A stretch of DNA of 64,000 nt from an uncultured bacterium (lineage in GTDB: Bacteria > Oederibacteriota > PGYV01 > CAWJRG01). Below, one piece after another: positions 62,920 to 64,000 of this stretch (positions are counted from its first letter, which is position 1; each line of letters starts with the position of its first letter). The stretch spans positions 288,001 to 352,000 of the forward strand of contig CAWJRG010000005.1 in NCBI GenBank assembly GCA_963845185.1. The letters are read 5' to 3'. The notes under the pieces were generated by a model. That model saw only the letters and a list, made by a program, of their open reading frames with translations. It had not been told where the DNA came from and made no database searches. The position numbers and the translations under genes were made by a program.

Positions 62920-64000
62920 CTATTCCTCCTTTTTTCTTGGTATTTTTTTGACTTTAACTTTCATTCCCTGTATTTCCAGTACTTCAACAATGTCCCTTGG
63001 ATTTATTGTATCGTCTGAAAACGCCTGCCAGTCTTCTCCTCCTATGTTGGCTATGCCGTCAATTGCGGAAATGGCGGTTGTTGCCACGCCCTTTGCGCCT
63101 ATAATGCTTTGCGTCCCGCTCACCACTCGCCTGGCGTGCGCCTTCAAAATCAGCATAACTACAAGCACGAAAAATACTATTGTTATCAGTACCATTGTCC
63201 CTATTAAAAAATACGACGCTGCCCATTGCTCTCCCATGCCGCGGCTGGGAAATAAAAGCAGTGAGCCTATCACAAGCGAGGTTATGCCGCCCACTGTCAA
63301 AATACCGTGCGTGGGCGCAAGCAAATCTGCGATAAATAGTATAACCGCAAGCAGGATAAGTATTATGCCCGCGATATTAATCGGCAGGCTTTCAAATCCG
63401 ATAAACGCCAGCACTATTGCAATGGCTCCTGCCACTCCCGGCAGTATGGCGCCCGGGTTTGCGAGTTCATATACAAGTCCGTAAATACCCACAAGAAAAA
63501 GCACATAGGATATGTTCGGGTCAGTAATGTAGTGCAGGAATTTATGCTTTATTGTCGGTGATATTTCCCTTAATTTATAATTTTCGGTCCTTATCACTAT
63601 TTCTCTGCCGTTAATTTTCACCTTTCTTTTATCCATTTTTTTCATTAAATCATCCATATCTTTGGCGGTATAATCAATTACTTTGCTTTTCATTGCCTCT
63701 ATTTCAGAGGAAGATATATTCTTGGTTATCGCTTCTTCCGCCCATTTTTCGTTCCTTCCGCGCATCCTTGCCAGATTTTTTATATACGCGATGGCGTCGT
63801 TTGTTATTTTCTCTGACAGGCTGTTGCCCTGGAAATCAACCGGATGCGCCGTGCCTATGTTGGTGCCTTCGGCCATTGCCGCGATATTTGATGCCATTAA
63901 AATAAAAACCCCTGCCGACGCAGCACGGGAGCCCCTTGGCGATACATAAACAGCAACTGGAATACTGCTTGAAAGCATTCTTTCAACTATCTTACGCATA
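62920..64000 (-). CDS. nfeD: NfeD-family membrane serine protease, 5'-partial
   Basis: RAASAG, TNIGTAHP, TM region, C-terminal OB fold (GEDWQA); paired with the SPFH gene. Confidence 0.9.
   Translation of the reverse strand, partial: MRKIVERMLSSSIPVAVYVSPRGSRAASAGVFILMASNIAAMAEGTNIGTAHPVDFQGNSLSEKITNDAIAYIKNLARMRGRNEKWAEEAITKNISSSEIEAMKSKVIDYTAKDMDDLMKKMDKRKVKINGREIVIRTENYKLREISPTIKHKFLHYITDPNISYVLFLVGIYGLVYELANPGAILPGVAGAIAIVLAFIGFESLPINIAGIILILLAVILFIADLLAPTHGILTVGGITSLVIGSLLLFPSRGMGEQWAASYFLIGTMVLITIVFFVLVVMLILKAHARRVVSGTQSIIGAKGVATTAISAIDGIANIGGEDWQAFSDDTINPRDIVEVLEIQGMKVKVKKIPRKKEE

Overview
Bacterial window in which nearly all genes are on the minus strand. The left half (1-31 kb) holds four paralogous giant secreted proteins (about 1,900-2,350 aa). 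Each has a signal peptide, a Cys-rich DUF11-like/lectin-like head, a very long stalk of alternating Thr-X residues and a C-terminal FlgD-Ig/T9SS-CTD-like module. One runs off the left edge and is missing from the ORF track, and one is split by a 2-bp deletion. Two DUF2723 (TMEM260-like) GT-C/TPR glycosyltransferases sit inside this array. Upstream and co-oriented is a dnaK-groES-groEL-dnaJ-GldA/F/G-like ABC-DUF4340-htrA block. The right half has tRNA-Ala(CGC), tRNA-Ser(GGA), tRNA-Arg(CCG) and tRNA-Arg(ACG), a glutaredoxin and an FTR-rubredoxin gene, two Thr-linker beta-propeller lipoproteins, tadA, an IS110/IS1111 element, cstA, two GT39-PA14 glycosyltransferases, a flippase, cinA, an SPFH gene and a partial nfeD. 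Non-coding signals read from the sequence: an ECF-type promoter GRAAC-N17-GTCTAA before all six Thr-rich genes, with an N18 variant before htrA; a four-copy covarying structured element abutting Shine-Dalgarno sites; repeats whose flanks copy the neighbouring tRNA; a sigma54 promoter with a candidate enhancer at dnaK; and IS ends that let the empty target site be reconstructed. The main hypothesis is a co-regulated system that exports and O-glycosylates giant Thr-X surface filaments. Family names come from motif recognition by eye, not from database searches.
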